Notes: generated by a model not told the origin, from the letters alone. Shown: positions 1-8,094, numbered from the stretch's first letter. The stretch is DNA of 49,484 nt from a virus (IMGVR_UViG_3300035156_000182:1-49484); one strand, 5' to 3'. Numbers and translations: made by a program.

Positions 1-127
1 GGCCTTGTTCCCCCGGCCGACGCCAGCCGCGCCGACGATGTCGCTGCCGAACAGCACGTTCGCCGCGACGCGCGCGCCGACCACGCCCCGGCCAGGGTTG
101 CCGGTGGCCGCCAGCGCCTTGCGCGCC
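1..127. repeat. Terminal direct repeat identical to 49358..49484 (circular-closure overlap)
   Basis: Base-for-base identity of 1..127 with 49358..49484, read directly. It lies inside the tape-measure reading frame. Confidence 0.97.
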
Positions 128-981
128 TCGCTTTCATCCTTCGCCGCATCGGCGCGCAGGTTGATGGCCTTGATTCGAGCGTTCAGCTTCAGCAGCTCGT
201 TTTGCTCGGCGATCTTGCTCGACGTCTTTCCGAACACGTCGGCGAGGATCGACTCCGCGTCGGCCAGCCCCGACGTCGCGACTTCGGCGGCCTTCGATGC
301 GGTTTCGGTTTCGAACAGCTTTTCGACGAACGGCGCGAGCACGGCCGCCGCGACGGTCAGGGCGATGCCCCATGGCCCCACCAGGAACGCGCCCACCTTG
401 CCGGCGGTGCCACCCATTTCGGACAAGGCAAACCCGAGCTGGCCGGCCTGCTGGCCGAACGCCCGCGCCGGCGAAATGCCCGATGCGATCGACAGGCCAA
501 GGTCGCCGAACTGCTGGCCCACGTTGCGCGCGCCGAACGCGTTGCGGTTCAGGGCGGCGGTCGTGGTGTCGGACGCGCGCGCGGCTTGCGCCTGCGCACG
601 GGTGACCCCCGCGATGGCGATGCTGGCGCGGAGCTGCGCGGCCTCGACGGCGCGCCCTAGCTTTTCCTGTTCGGCCGCGTCGGCGTTCGCCGCTGCCGCC
701 TGTTTCTGAAGCGCGGCGGTCAGTGCGTTGGCGGCCTGCTGTTGCTTGGTCTGCGCGGCCGACAGGTTCGCGTTCGCGATGACAGCGGCTTGCGTCTGCG
801 CGGCGGCCTTGCCGATCGCGTCACCAGCTCGACCGCTGGCCGTGGTGACGGTGTCGAACTTGCCGGCGATCCCCCCGGCGGATGCCTCCAGCCGCTTGTT
901 CGCGCCGATGACCTTGTCGACGGCGGCGACCGCACCGCTGCCGTCGGCATTGATCGCATAGGCAAGGTCGAAATCAGCCAT
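1..981 (-). CDS. Tail tape measure protein, N-terminal segment (continues across the circular junction into 49484..46700)
   Basis: The minus frame is open from ATG 981..979 to the window edge. It is absent from the ORF track because there is no in-window stop. My translation: MADFDLAYAINADGSGAVAAVDKV...NRNAFGARNVGQQFGDLGLSIASGISPARAFGQQAGQLGF...LVGPWGIALTVAAAVLAPF. The same frame joins ORF 46700..49441 through the 127-bp overlap. It sits directly after the chaperone genes. Confidence 0.85.
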   Translation of the reverse strand, partial: MADFDLAYAINADGSGAVAAVDKVIGANKRLEASAGGIAGKFDTVTTASGRAGDAIGKAAAQTQAAVIANANLSAAQTKQQQAANALTAALQKQAAAANADAAEQEKLGRAVEAAQLRASIAIAGVTRAQAQAARASDTTTAALNRNAFGARNVGQQFGDLGLSIASGISPARAFGQQAGQLGFALSEMGGTAGKVGAFLVGPWGIALTVAAAVLAPFVEKLFETETASKAAEVATSGLADAESILADVFGKTSSKIAEQNELLKLNARIKAINLRADAAKDESEARKALAATGNPGRGVVGARVAANVLFGSDIVGAAGVGRGNKA

Positions 982-993
982 GCGCGAAGCGTC

Positions 994-1778
994 CTAGCGA
1001 CGTCGCTCGCTCCATGCGCGCAACGCTTCAGCTTCTAGCGCGCGCACGTCCGAAAATACAGTCGGGGTCATCGCGATGCCGCTCGCCGCCGCCGTCGGTG
1101 CCAGCACGCCATAGTCGAGGCCGGTCGCTTGCGTGCCCGCCATGCCCCCGACCATCCGCCATTGAGTCCCCATCGCGACGAACAGGCCGTACCCGTCGAG
1201 CATGTCGGGCCATATGCACGGCGGGTCGGGGATATGCTCGCGCTTGCCGCCGAGCTGGCCGACGGGAATGCCGAGCAACCGGCATTCCGCGTCGAACTCG
1301 GCGTTGTCCTCTAGCCGTTTGCTGCCGGCTCGCCCGACGGCCCAGTCTCGAGCGAGCCTTCGGAGTTTCCCGCGCGCAGCTTTTCCCGGCCGGCATAGGC
1401 CGCCGCGTAGGACTCGAAAAACGAGCGCGAGAAATTCGGCACGCGCAGCAGCTTTCGCATCGCTTCAGGGGTGAAGGGCACCGGGGTGCCGGCATTCATA
1501 ACCTTGCGCCAATCGACGACCAATTCATCGGCGCGGCGATCATCGTCGACCTTCCCCGCCTTCCATTCGTCAAAGTCGGCGTCGGTGCGGTTCGGCAGCT
1601 TCGTGCCATCCTCGGCGACCGGGTCCATGAACAGGGTCGCGAAGCGATCCAGGTCGGGCAGCTCGACCCGCAATTCAACTTCATGTTCGACCGGCCGACC
1701 AACGTCATCGCCTGCGCTCGCGAACCCCGGCCACTTCACGGGAATCCACGCAAGCCGCTTTTCGGCTAAGTCGAACAT
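994..1778 (-). CDS. Tail assembly chaperone G-T fusion product made by -1 programmed frameshift (about 260 aa)
   Basis: The T frame (ORF 994..1278; CIWPDMLDGYGLFVAMGTQWRMVGGMAGTQATGLDYGVL, DUF1799-like) is the -1 frame of the G ORF. It stays open upstream to 1464 and overlaps the G 3' end. The slippery heptamer G_GGA_AAC lies in that overlap. Confidence 0.6.
1311..1778 (-). CDS. Tail assembly chaperone (gpG-like)
   Basis: 155-aa ORF with ATG 1778 and an AGGAA RBS 8 nt upstream. It lies between the major tail gene and the tape-measure gene, the conserved G/GT slot. Confidence 0.7.
   Translation of the reverse strand: MFDLAEKRLAWIPVKWPGFASAGDDVGRPVEHEVELRVELPDLDRFATLFMDPVAEDGTKLPNRTDADFDEWKAGKVDDDRRADELVVDWRKVMNAGTPVPFTPEAMRKLLRVPNFSRSFFESYAAAYAGREKLRAGNSEGSLETGPSGEPAANG
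1365..1371 (-). promoter_or_regulatory. -1 ribosomal frameshift slippery heptamer G_GGA_AAC
   Basis: The plus strand reads gtttccc, so the mRNA is GGGAAAC. The zero-frame phasing G GGA AAC was confirmed against the G protein (..LRAGNSEG..). After a -1 slip the reading continues GGG AAA CTC.. into the DUF1799-like frame. Confidence 0.6.
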
Positions 1779-1789
1779 GAGTTGTTTTC

Positions 1790-2746
1790 CTATCTGCTGG
1801 TGAACGAAATTTCGTCGTTACCAACATTCGGAATCAGCGTCACGGGCAAAGACATCATCACTTTGCCCCCTTCCTCGGAAATGGCGACGTTGCCGGAAAT
1901 CTGAACCTGCGGCGCGGCGATTTCGACGATGTTGCCGGCGACAGTGCCGTGAATCAGCGACATCGGCATGAGGGTGCCCGGCCGAATGTTCGTGAAGTAG
2001 TTTTTCGCCGACAGGTTCGGCAGCTCGCCGACGATCGTGCCGCCCCATGCGTCGTCGCGGTACGCGATGTAATCGGCCGGCCCGATCAGCGATCGCAGCG
2101 CCAGCTCGGCGTTGCTGTTCAGCTCGATGCGACGAAGCGGCAAGGCGAAGCTGCCAAGCGTGAAGGTCGTGTTTTCGGTCGACGCGAGCACGGGCGGTTG
2201 CTGGTTGGCGATCGTGACTGCCGGCATGGCCGCTTCTTCGCCGAGCACCGCCGGGGCGGTGCCGAGGTAGCCATAATTGAACCGGGGAAAGTCGTCATCC
2301 TCCAGCACGAAGCCGAGCGTCGAGCGACCGCCGAGCGTCTTCATAAGGAACGAATTCGCCGCGTTCGCTTCGTCCAGGAAGGCCGCATAATGCGTCTGCG
2401 ACTGCGCGGTCGCCGACAGCGCTTGCGTGACCGACGACGCGCCGACGACGTGCGCGCCGAACCGCGCCATGCGGTTTAGCAGCATCCAGGCGGGCACGCC
2501 CGTCGCGGTGCCCGCACCCGACATTTCGACGCCGAACTGCGCGCCGCGCTTGATCGCGTAGAGAAGGGTGGGCTTCGCGCCCTTGTAGGTCGTGTCGATC
2601 GCACGCACCCGCTGTTCGGCATCCATGAAGGTCGGCGAATAGTCGACGGTGCGGATGGCGTTCGCCGCGCCGGTCGGAACGCTGTCGGTTCCTTCGGTCG
2701 CCTCGGCCTTAAATAGAACGGCCTTTTGGTCGTAGCTCTTTGCCAT
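1790..2746 (-). CDS. Major tail (tube) protein
   Basis: 318-aa ORF with ATG 2746 and a GAAGG RBS. It lies immediately upstream of the G/GT chaperone pair, which is conserved siphovirus synteny. No motif was recognised beyond position and size. Confidence 0.7.
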   Translation of the reverse strand: MAKSYDQKAVLFKAEATEGTDSVPTGAANAIRTVDYSPTFMDAEQRVRAIDTTYKGAKPTLLYAIKRGAQFGVEMSGAGTATGVPAWMLLNRMARFGAHVVGASSVTQALSATAQSQTHYAAFLDEANAANSFLMKTLGGRSTLGFVLEDDDFPRFNYGYLGTAPAVLGEEAAMPAVTIANQQPPVLASTENTTFTLGSFALPLRRIELNSNAELALRSLIGPADYIAYRDDAWGGTIVGELPNLSAKNYFTNIRPGTLMPMSLIHGTVAGNIVEIAAPQVQISGNVAISEEGGKVMMSLPVTLIPNVGNDEISFTSR

Positions 2747-2752
2747 GTCGAA

Positions 2753-3130
2753 TTAACCTTCGTTGGTGGGCGCGGCGGCCGGCTGGAGGGCGGAGATCAA
2801 GTCGGCCTTGGTTGCGTTCGGCTCGACGTTGACACCGCGTTCGACGGCCAAGTCGCGCAGCTCGGCGACCTTCATGTCGGACAGCTCGCGCTTCGCGGCG
2901 ACCAGGGCGGCGGCCTCGGCCGCGACGCGGTCGCGCGTGTCGACGATCAGGTCGTCGCCGATCAGGCCGTCGGGGTCGCTGGAGATCCCCGCGTCGACCA
3001 GCGCTTCGGCGCGCAGGCGATGGTTCAGCGGATACGCGCCGTGCATCGCGAAGCCTTGCTCGGCCAGCTCGGCGTTCCGGCCGCTGATTTCGGGCGCGGC
3101 GGCCTCGACCTTGTCGGTGGCAGTATCCAT
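2753..3130 (-). CDS. Hypothetical virion-module protein with a C-terminal SAP/HeH (Rho-N-like) motif
   Basis: 125-aa ORF with ATG 3130 and an AGGAG RBS. The C-terminus LSDMKVAELRDLAVERGVNVEPNATKADLISAL matches the helix-extended-helix pattern. Confidence 0.6.
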   Translation of the reverse strand: MDTATDKVEAAAPEISGRNAELAEQGFAMHGAYPLNHRLRAEALVDAGISSDPDGLIGDDLIVDTRDRVAAEAAALVAAKRELSDMKVAELRDLAVERGVNVEPNATKADLISALQPAAAPTNEG

Positions 3131-3197
3131 TCGATCGCGCTCCTACGTGAAGGCGCGAGAATAGCGGCGGCCCGCCATAGGCCGAAAGCCTGAACGG

Positions 3198-3641
3198 TCA
3201 GGGGCCGCGCAGGTCCCACGACGACCGCACCAGCACTTCACCCCACACCAGCCCGTCGCCTTCCTGCCGCAACGAATAACCCGCGTAGCTAAAGGCCTCG
3301 ACCGCGCCGGGCGGGGTGAACCCGACCATGTTCGCCAGCAGGGTGCCGCGCGTGATTTCCAGCGGGTCGCTTCGTTCCTCGCTGGCCAGCTCGGCCCCCA
3401 GGCAGAACAGCAGCGACACGGTCGAGCGAACCCGCTGCGCACGACCGCCAGCGCCAAGGCGGTTCGGGTCGGCTTCCTCGCGCGACAGCGACACGTAAAG
3501 CGCAGGCGGCACCGCGTTGCCATAGGTGATGGCATCGGTCGCGCTCGACCAATCCGACACCGACAGGAACCCGGCGACGCCCGGCGACACTTCGGTCGTG
3601 ATGAGGCGCGCGCGGGCGCGCACGGCTGACAAGTCGATCAT
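3198..3641 (-). CDS. Head-tail connector / tail completion protein (candidate, by position)
   Basis: 147-aa ORF with an ATGA overlap onto the upstream gene. It lies between the Mu gpG-like morphogenesis gene and the tail tube gene. No motif was recognised by eye. Confidence 0.5.
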   Translation of the reverse strand: MIDLSAVRARARLITTEVSPGVAGFLSVSDWSSATDAITYGNAVPPALYVSLSREEADPNRLGAGGRAQRVRSTVSLLFCLGAELASEERSDPLEITRGTLLANMVGFTPPGAVEAFSYAGYSLRQEGDGLVWGEVLVRSSWDLRGP

Positions 3642-4201
3642 TTCAGCAGACTCCGAACATAGGCGCGCGCAGCGGCGGTCAGCTCGCGACGGTCGTCATT
3701 ATCCACGCCGAGGAAGGGGCGGGCGGGCAGGTTCATGCGAACGCGGTGCCCGCGAACGCGCACTAGCACCGCCTCCGGTAGCGGCACCCCGAACGCTTGC
3801 GTGGTCAACCGGAAGTGCGTCACGCGCACCGTCGACTTGCTGACCCCGAACTGGTGCGACGCCGCGTGCTTCACCGACTCCCCGACGCCATCGACGCCGA
3901 CCAGCAGGCGGCGCGGTTGCACTTCGTATTTGACCGCGCGTTCTAGGTTGCCTTTGTCGACCAGCGTGCGGCCGTTGGCAGGGCCGAAGGTGCCGACCCC
4001 GAGCACCCGCTTCGATGGCGGCCATGGCACCCCGCCCGGCCCCCTGCTGGTGTCGAAGCGGTTGCGGGTCGAGGCCTCTAGGATGCCGCCGAATATCTCC
4101 AGCAGCGGGGCGGGGTTCTCGCCGAGGTTCCGAACCTGCTGGAGCGCGCGATAAACGTCGCGGGTGAGAATCCGCGAATTGAAAACGAGGCCGCGCGCCA
4201 A
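3638..4201 (-). CDS. Phage virion morphogenesis protein (Mu gpG-like / tail completion S family)
   Basis: The motif ASTRNRFDTSRGPGGVPWPPSK is typical of the virion-morphogenesis family. The track ORF starts at TTG 4276. I prefer in-frame TTG 4201, just after the upstream stop, because there is no ATG or GTG in between. The start is uncertain. Confidence 0.6.
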   Translation of the reverse strand: MARGLVFNSRILTRDVYRALQQVRNLGENPAPLLEIFGGILEASTRNRFDTSRGPGGVPWPPSKRVLGVGTFGPANGRTLVDKGNLERAVKYEVQPRRLLVGVDGVGESVKHAASHQFGVSKSTVRVTHFRLTTQAFGVPLPEAVLVRVRGHRVRMNLPARPFLGVDNDDRRELTAAARAYVRSLLK

Positions 4202-4202
4202 G

Positions 4203-4694
4203 TCACCAACCCCGAGGGCCAGGGCCGAACACGGTGCCCCCGTAGCTGCCGCTCCCGAACCCGGTGTAGTCCGCAAGGCTGGCGTCGGTGAACACGCGCG
4301 CGCGGGCGTCGCCCGACGTCACGGGGCTGTCGCTGCTGTTCGTTTCCGGTGCCGATCCGGCCGCCGGGGCGGGGATATTGGCGCGACCAGCCGACAGGTC
4401 GGTCAGCAGCTTGCGCGCACGATCGGCGTTCGCCGTCACCGCCGGGGTGGCGCGAAGGCCGTGCAACCGCTCGCGCGCAAGGTCGGCGACGATGCCCTTC
4501 AGCAATTCCGGCGGGCTGGCGATGGGCAGCACGTAGCGGCCGGCAAGGTAGGCGTCGGCGAATTCCGTCACGTCGGCGATGACCGTGTCGACCTTCGCGT
4601 CGTCGACCACCCCGGTTTGCGTGGTGTCGGTCAGCCGCACCGTCTCGGCTTCGGTGTAGCGCTCCAGGTATTCGGACGCGGTCAGGTACGGCAT
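4203..4694 (-). CDS. DUF1320-family head-tail connector protein (Mu gp36-like)
   Basis: 163 aa. The N-terminus MPYLTASEYLERY..VDDAKVDTVIADVTEFADAYLAGRYVLPI..PPELLKGIVADLA follows the DUF1320 pattern. Confidence 0.65.
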   Translation of the reverse strand: MPYLTASEYLERYTEAETVRLTDTTQTGVVDDAKVDTVIADVTEFADAYLAGRYVLPIASPPELLKGIVADLARERLHGLRATPAVTANADRARKLLTDLSAGRANIPAPAAGSAPETNSSDSPVTSGDARARVFTDASLADYTGFGSGSYGGTVFGPGPRGW

Positions 4695-4753
4695 CGGGGG
4701 TCACTCCAGCGGGGCGCGCCGACCTTATGCCACGCGGCGGCCTGAACGCGAAA

Positions 4754-4783
4754 GGGGCGGCCCGGCTTTCACCGAACCGCCCC
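4754..4783 (-). terminator. Putative intrinsic terminator after the capsid gene block
   Basis: On the minus strand: GGGGCGG-tt-CGG-tgaaag-CCG-gg-CCGCCCC followed by TTTCGCGTT. It sits in the 113-bp gap downstream of ORF 4808..5191. Confidence 0.4.
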
Positions 4784-4807
4784 CCTGAACACATTGCGGG
4801 CGCGCCG

Positions 4808-5191
4808 TTAGCCGGCGGCGCGCTTCGCCTCGATCGCAGCGGCGATGTCCGCCGCCGACTTCAGGTCGGGGAGGTTTTCGCCCCCCGCGCCCTTGCGGTC
4901 GGTCAGCGCGACGCCCTCGGCGTCGGCCATCTTGCGCAGCTCGGCGACCGGCCGGCTGGCCAGCGGCTTCGCCTCGCCTTCACCGACGCCGTCGCCGGCA
5001 TCACTGTCGGCCGCGCTGACGTCGAAACGGGGGGCTTCGCTGTCGCTCGACTGCTGGCCTTCGATGTCGGTCACTTCGGCTTCGGTCAGCTCGCCGGTGT
5101 AGGTTTCGCCACGCGGAATGACGACCGTGGTGCCGCCCACGATGATGAAACGCGGCCCTTGGTCGAGGTTGGTCACCGTGCGCTTTGCCAT
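4808..5191 (-). CDS. Hypothetical protein downstream of the major capsid gene
   Basis: 127-aa ORF with ATG 5191 and an AGGA RBS. It has an acidic Ser/Asp-rich centre and a second HeH-like motif, RPVAELRKMADAEGV. Confidence 0.6.
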   Translation of the reverse strand: MAKRTVTNLDQGPRFIIVGGTTVVIPRGETYTGELTEAEVTDIEGQQSSDSEAPRFDVSAADSDAGDGVGEGEAKPLASRPVAELRKMADAEGVALTDRKGAGGENLPDLKSAADIAAAIEAKRAAG

Positions 5192-5233
5192 GGTCGTCTA
5201 GTCCTGTTCTGAAGGTCGGGTCGGGTGGTCGGC

Positions 5234-6199
5234 TTAGATGCCGTCGGCGTAGGTTGCCGACGCCGGGCGCGTCCAATCCGTGCCGCCGATGCGGAAAATG
5301 CCGGGCACCAGCCAATTCATCGGCCCGTTCTGCCACACCGGCAGGAACTGGAACGGCATAGGCATATGGAACTTCGCCACGCGCCCGTTCCGCGCATAGG
5401 CGATCATGCGCTTCGTGCCGCCAGCGCCGGCCGTTTCCAGCTCGCGCAGGCCACGGATGCGCAGCGGCTGGCCCGTGCGTGCGGTGTAGCTGTTGGCGCG
5501 GTTGAGGAAGGTCAACAGCGTTTCCGACGTGTTCGGAATGACGGTCAGGTCGAGCGTTTGCATGACGCTGAACGGCAGCAGCACCGTGTCGGCCATCACG
5601 ATTTGGTTCGACGCGTTGAAAGGCGCGACGATTAGCGCGTTCAGGTCGCGAAGCACCTGCGCGGGCGTCTTGTTCGCGAACAGGCGCGACGCGGGCGTGC
5701 CGGCGGTGACGCCGTTCTGCACGCCGTCGGCCGCGACGTTCCCCTGAACGATGCCGGGGTTGTTGATGAGGCCGGTCAGGCCACGGTTCGGGTCGCCGAG
5801 CAGGCCGACATAATAGATGAACTGTTCGGCACCCTCGCGAGCGTAGAACGCCAATTCATCCGACAGGTTGATGCCCGCCAGCCGCGCCTTGTTGACGTTG
5901 TCCAGGTTGAATTCGTAACCCAGCGCGCCAAGCTCGTAAGCGAAGTTGGTCGAACCCTTGTTCAGATCGGCCAGCGGCATGGTGTTGGCCGCGCCGTTGT
6001 ACCAACGCGCCTGCCCGGTGCCGTCGAGCGTGAATCGCGTGATGCCGTTCGCCCACGGGTCGCCTTCGGTCTCGACGACGACAAGGTCGTTGATGTCGAT
6101 TGCGGGATATTCGGCGCGCTCGACTTCGGTCGCAATGCGATAGGTCTGGTCGGTCACGAAGCCAAGCGCGGCGGTCGCATTCGGGTAAGCGGTAGTCAT
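5234..6199 (-). CDS. Major capsid protein (DUF2184-like, HK97-fold class)
   Basis: 321 aa. It follows scaffold and decoration genes in the classical order. The C-terminal FHMPMPFQFLPVWQNG segment and overall pattern resemble the DUF2184 capsid family as I remember it. Confidence 0.75.
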   Translation of the reverse strand: MTTAYPNATAALGFVTDQTYRIATEVERAEYPAIDINDLVVVETEGDPWANGITRFTLDGTGQARWYNGAANTMPLADLNKGSTNFAYELGALGYEFNLDNVNKARLAGINLSDELAFYAREGAEQFIYYVGLLGDPNRGLTGLINNPGIVQGNVAADGVQNGVTAGTPASRLFANKTPAQVLRDLNALIVAPFNASNQIVMADTVLLPFSVMQTLDLTVIPNTSETLLTFLNRANSYTARTGQPLRIRGLRELETAGAGGTKRMIAYARNGRVAKFHMPMPFQFLPVWQNGPMNWLVPGIFRIGGTDWTRPASATYADGI

Positions 6200-6233
6200 G
6201 TCAGGGTGCCCCTAGCTTAGTGCTGCGCGCGCG

Positions 6234-6680
6234 TTAGCGGCGGATGATCGCGAGTTGACCGGCGGCGGTGGTCGGCGTTTCCACCGTCCAGCCGGTGCAC
6301 TCCAGCACGGTGCCGCTGGCGGCGGCCGTGGTGAAGCGGCCGTTAGCCGTGTTGAACCGCACGACGGCGTCGACCGCCATCGCGCCATCTGCCACCACGA
6401 ACACGCCCGAGGCGTGCTCGAAATAGGCGGCCGGCTTGCCGACCGGCGAGCTGTCGGGGCCGGTAACGCCCTTGTCCTGCCGCGCGATGCCGAGGAAAGC
6501 GCCGCCGCCAGCCGCGAAAGTCTTAATCTGGCGGGCGTCGGTGCCGCGCATCACGGCCGCGCCGAACGCGATCGGTGCGCCCTCGACGATGCCGGTGTTG
6601 CTGGAATAGCGCGACATCGCCGCGCCACCGGGAAGGCCGGCATCCATGCGGGTCGGGAAAACGTTCTGAAGTGCGGGCAT
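6234..6680 (-). CDS. Head decoration / cement protein (DUF2190-like, candidate)
   Basis: 148-aa Gly/Ala-rich ORF with an AAGGA RBS, located between the scaffold and capsid genes. This is the usual DUF2190 slot. Confidence 0.5.
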   Translation of the reverse strand: MPALQNVFPTRMDAGLPGGAAMSRYSSNTGIVEGAPIAFGAAVMRGTDARQIKTFAAGGGAFLGIARQDKGVTGPDSSPVGKPAAYFEHASGVFVVADGAMAVDAVVRFNTANGRFTTAAASGTVLECTGWTVETPTTAAGQLAIIRR

Positions 6681-6720
6681 CGTGGAGTCCTTCGGCTAAC
6701 GGTCGGCGGCGGCGGTCGGC

Positions 6721-7683
6721 TTACTTGCCGTATTTGTTCCGGCGGTCGGCGCGCACCTTGTCGAGATCGGCCACGGCGGTGTTCCCGTCCGCGCTGAACG
6801 ACGGCGACAGGGCGTCGGCCGAGCTGCCGGCGGGCGCGGCGGGGGTGACGTTGCCGCCCTTCGCCATGATGCTGGCGATGATGGCGGCCGGGGTCGCCTT
6901 CGGCAGCTTGTCGTCGCTCGCAAAGGCGATGACATCGGCATCGGCCACGGCGTTGAACGCGGCGACAAGGTTGTCGCGATCGGCCGGCAGCACCTTGGTC
7001 GCGGCGACCAGGGCGTCGACCTGCGCGGCGTTGGCCGTCTCGCGTGCGGTGCGCTGTTCAGCGGCGAAGGTCTGTTCGCGCTCGGCGGCAATGCGCTCGC
7101 GCTCGGCGATTGCGGCTTCGCGCTGCGCGATTTCGGCTTCGGTTGCCACGGTGTTGTTCTCCACTGGTGCGGCCGGTGCGGCGGCGGGGGGTTCTGAAAC
7201 GGTGATGACCGGCGTCGGCGCGGCCTCGAACACGATCGCGGGCGCCGGGTCGCCGGTGACCGACATCACGTCGTCGGCCGAGAATGCGAAGGCCTGCGCG
7301 AGCGGGGGCATTCCAGGAATGCCGACAGCCGCGCCGCCGAGGAAGCCAAGGTGCTTCGGCGCGAGCTTGCCGGGCGTCGGGTTCGACGGGTGGTTTTTCC
7401 CGAAAAACGCCATCGACCGGCCGAGGATGGTCGACCCCTTCACGCCGTCGATGATCGGCTTAAAGGCCGGCAGCGTTTCGGGCACGTCGGCGAACAGCGA
7501 ATTGCCCTCGGCACGGAACTTCACAATGGCCCCGTGCGCGGGGCTGTCGGTCGTCGGGTGGCCGATGACGTTCGGAACCGGGTGCGCAGCGCAATCGAAC
7601 GCGGCGATGTCGGCCAAGTCGGCCGCCGTGATCCCCGCTGCATTCGCAGCCGCGTTTCCCGCGCGAAAAACTTCGATTTCCAT
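6721..7683 (-). CDS. Capsid scaffolding protein, GpO-like (possible protease-scaffold)
   Basis: The real start is taken as ATG 7683 (MEIEVFRAGN..) with RBS GAAAAGGTGAC. The N-terminal half resembles P2 gpO (..GHPTTDSPAHGAIVKFRAEGNSLFADV..HLGFLGGAAVGIPGM). The C-terminal half is Ala/Glu/Arg coiled coil. The 518-aa track ORF extends further upstream into low-quality sequence. Confidence 0.6.
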   Translation of the reverse strand: MEIEVFRAGNAAANAAGITAADLADIAAFDCAAHPVPNVIGHPTTDSPAHGAIVKFRAEGNSLFADVPETLPAFKPIIDGVKGSTILGRSMAFFGKNHPSNPTPGKLAPKHLGFLGGAAVGIPGMPPLAQAFAFSADDVMSVTGDPAPAIVFEAAPTPVITVSEPPAAAPAAPVENNTVATEAEIAQREAAIAERERIAAEREQTFAAEQRTARETANAAQVDALVAATKVLPADRDNLVAAFNAVADADVIAFASDDKLPKATPAAIIASIMAKGGNVTPAAPAGSSADALSPSFSADGNTAVADLDKVRADRRNKYGK

Positions 7684-7773
7684 GTCACCTTTTCGCCCGT
7701 TTGCCCCCGCGCGCGAAAGCCTGAACGGTCGGGCTGGCGATTTATTCGGCCTCGACGAATGTTTCCTGTTGCG

Positions 7774-7793
7774 TTTGGCCAAAACTTTGGCCA
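7774..7793. repeat. Direct repeat TTTGGCCA x2 at 12-bp spacing (first copy inside palindrome TTTGGCCAAA); possible regulator site
   Basis: Read directly: tttggccaaaactttggcca. It lies in the 147-bp divergent gap between the scaffold gene (-) and the first plus-strand cassette gene. Confidence 0.4.
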
Positions 7794-7830
7794 CACCGTC
7801 ATTCGTCAACAGCGAATAGGAACTGCCGCC

Positions 7831-8049
7831 ATGTACCGCACCAACGCCGGACTCGAATTCGCTTCCTACACCGACGCTTGCATTTATCACGGGGCCGACA
7901 CCCCCGCCGACATCGCCGCCGAAATTGCATATGAACGCGAGGAAGCGCGCCGCGAATATCACGGTGAAGCGATGATCCAGGATGCACGCGCGGCCGGGCT
8001 GGTCGTCGGCTTCGAAGCGTGGCCCGACGCGCACGCCTTCCCGTTCTGA
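7831..8049 (+). CDS. Hypothetical protein (first gene of the plus-strand cassette)
   Basis: 72 aa (MYRTNAGLEFASYTDACIYHG..), with AGGAA 8 nt before the ATG. It is the 3' part of track ORF 7351..8049, whose 5' part is antisense to the scaffold gene. Confidence 0.5.
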   Translation: MYRTNAGLEFASYTDACIYHGADTPADIAAEIAYEREEARREYHGEAMIQDARAAGLVVGFEAWPDAHAFPF

Positions 8050-8094
8050 CCTGCCGGGGCTTCGGCCCCACCCTTTCCCGCTGGAGCGCCCCAC

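Noticed and set aside
5-709. 234-aa plus-strand ORF and other overlapping track ORFs (134..373, 202..660, 297..605, 720..965, 728..961, 742..1038) at the start of the window.
   Set aside because: They are Ala/Arg/Pro-rich and lie antisense or out of frame to the open tape-measure frame (1..981, minus). That frame has an ATG, a recognisable tape-measure sequence and continuity across the circular junction. These ORFs are typical high-GC shadow ORFs.
6575-7819. 414-aa plus-strand ORF, plus the upstream extension of minus ORF 6721..8277 (518 aa).
   Set aside because: The plus ORF is a low-complexity (Ala/Ser/Arg) antisense shadow of the scaffold gene. The extra 198 N-terminal aa of the minus ORF lack protein-like composition and cross the divergent control gap. 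ATG 7683 has a proper RBS and begins the GpO-like domain.
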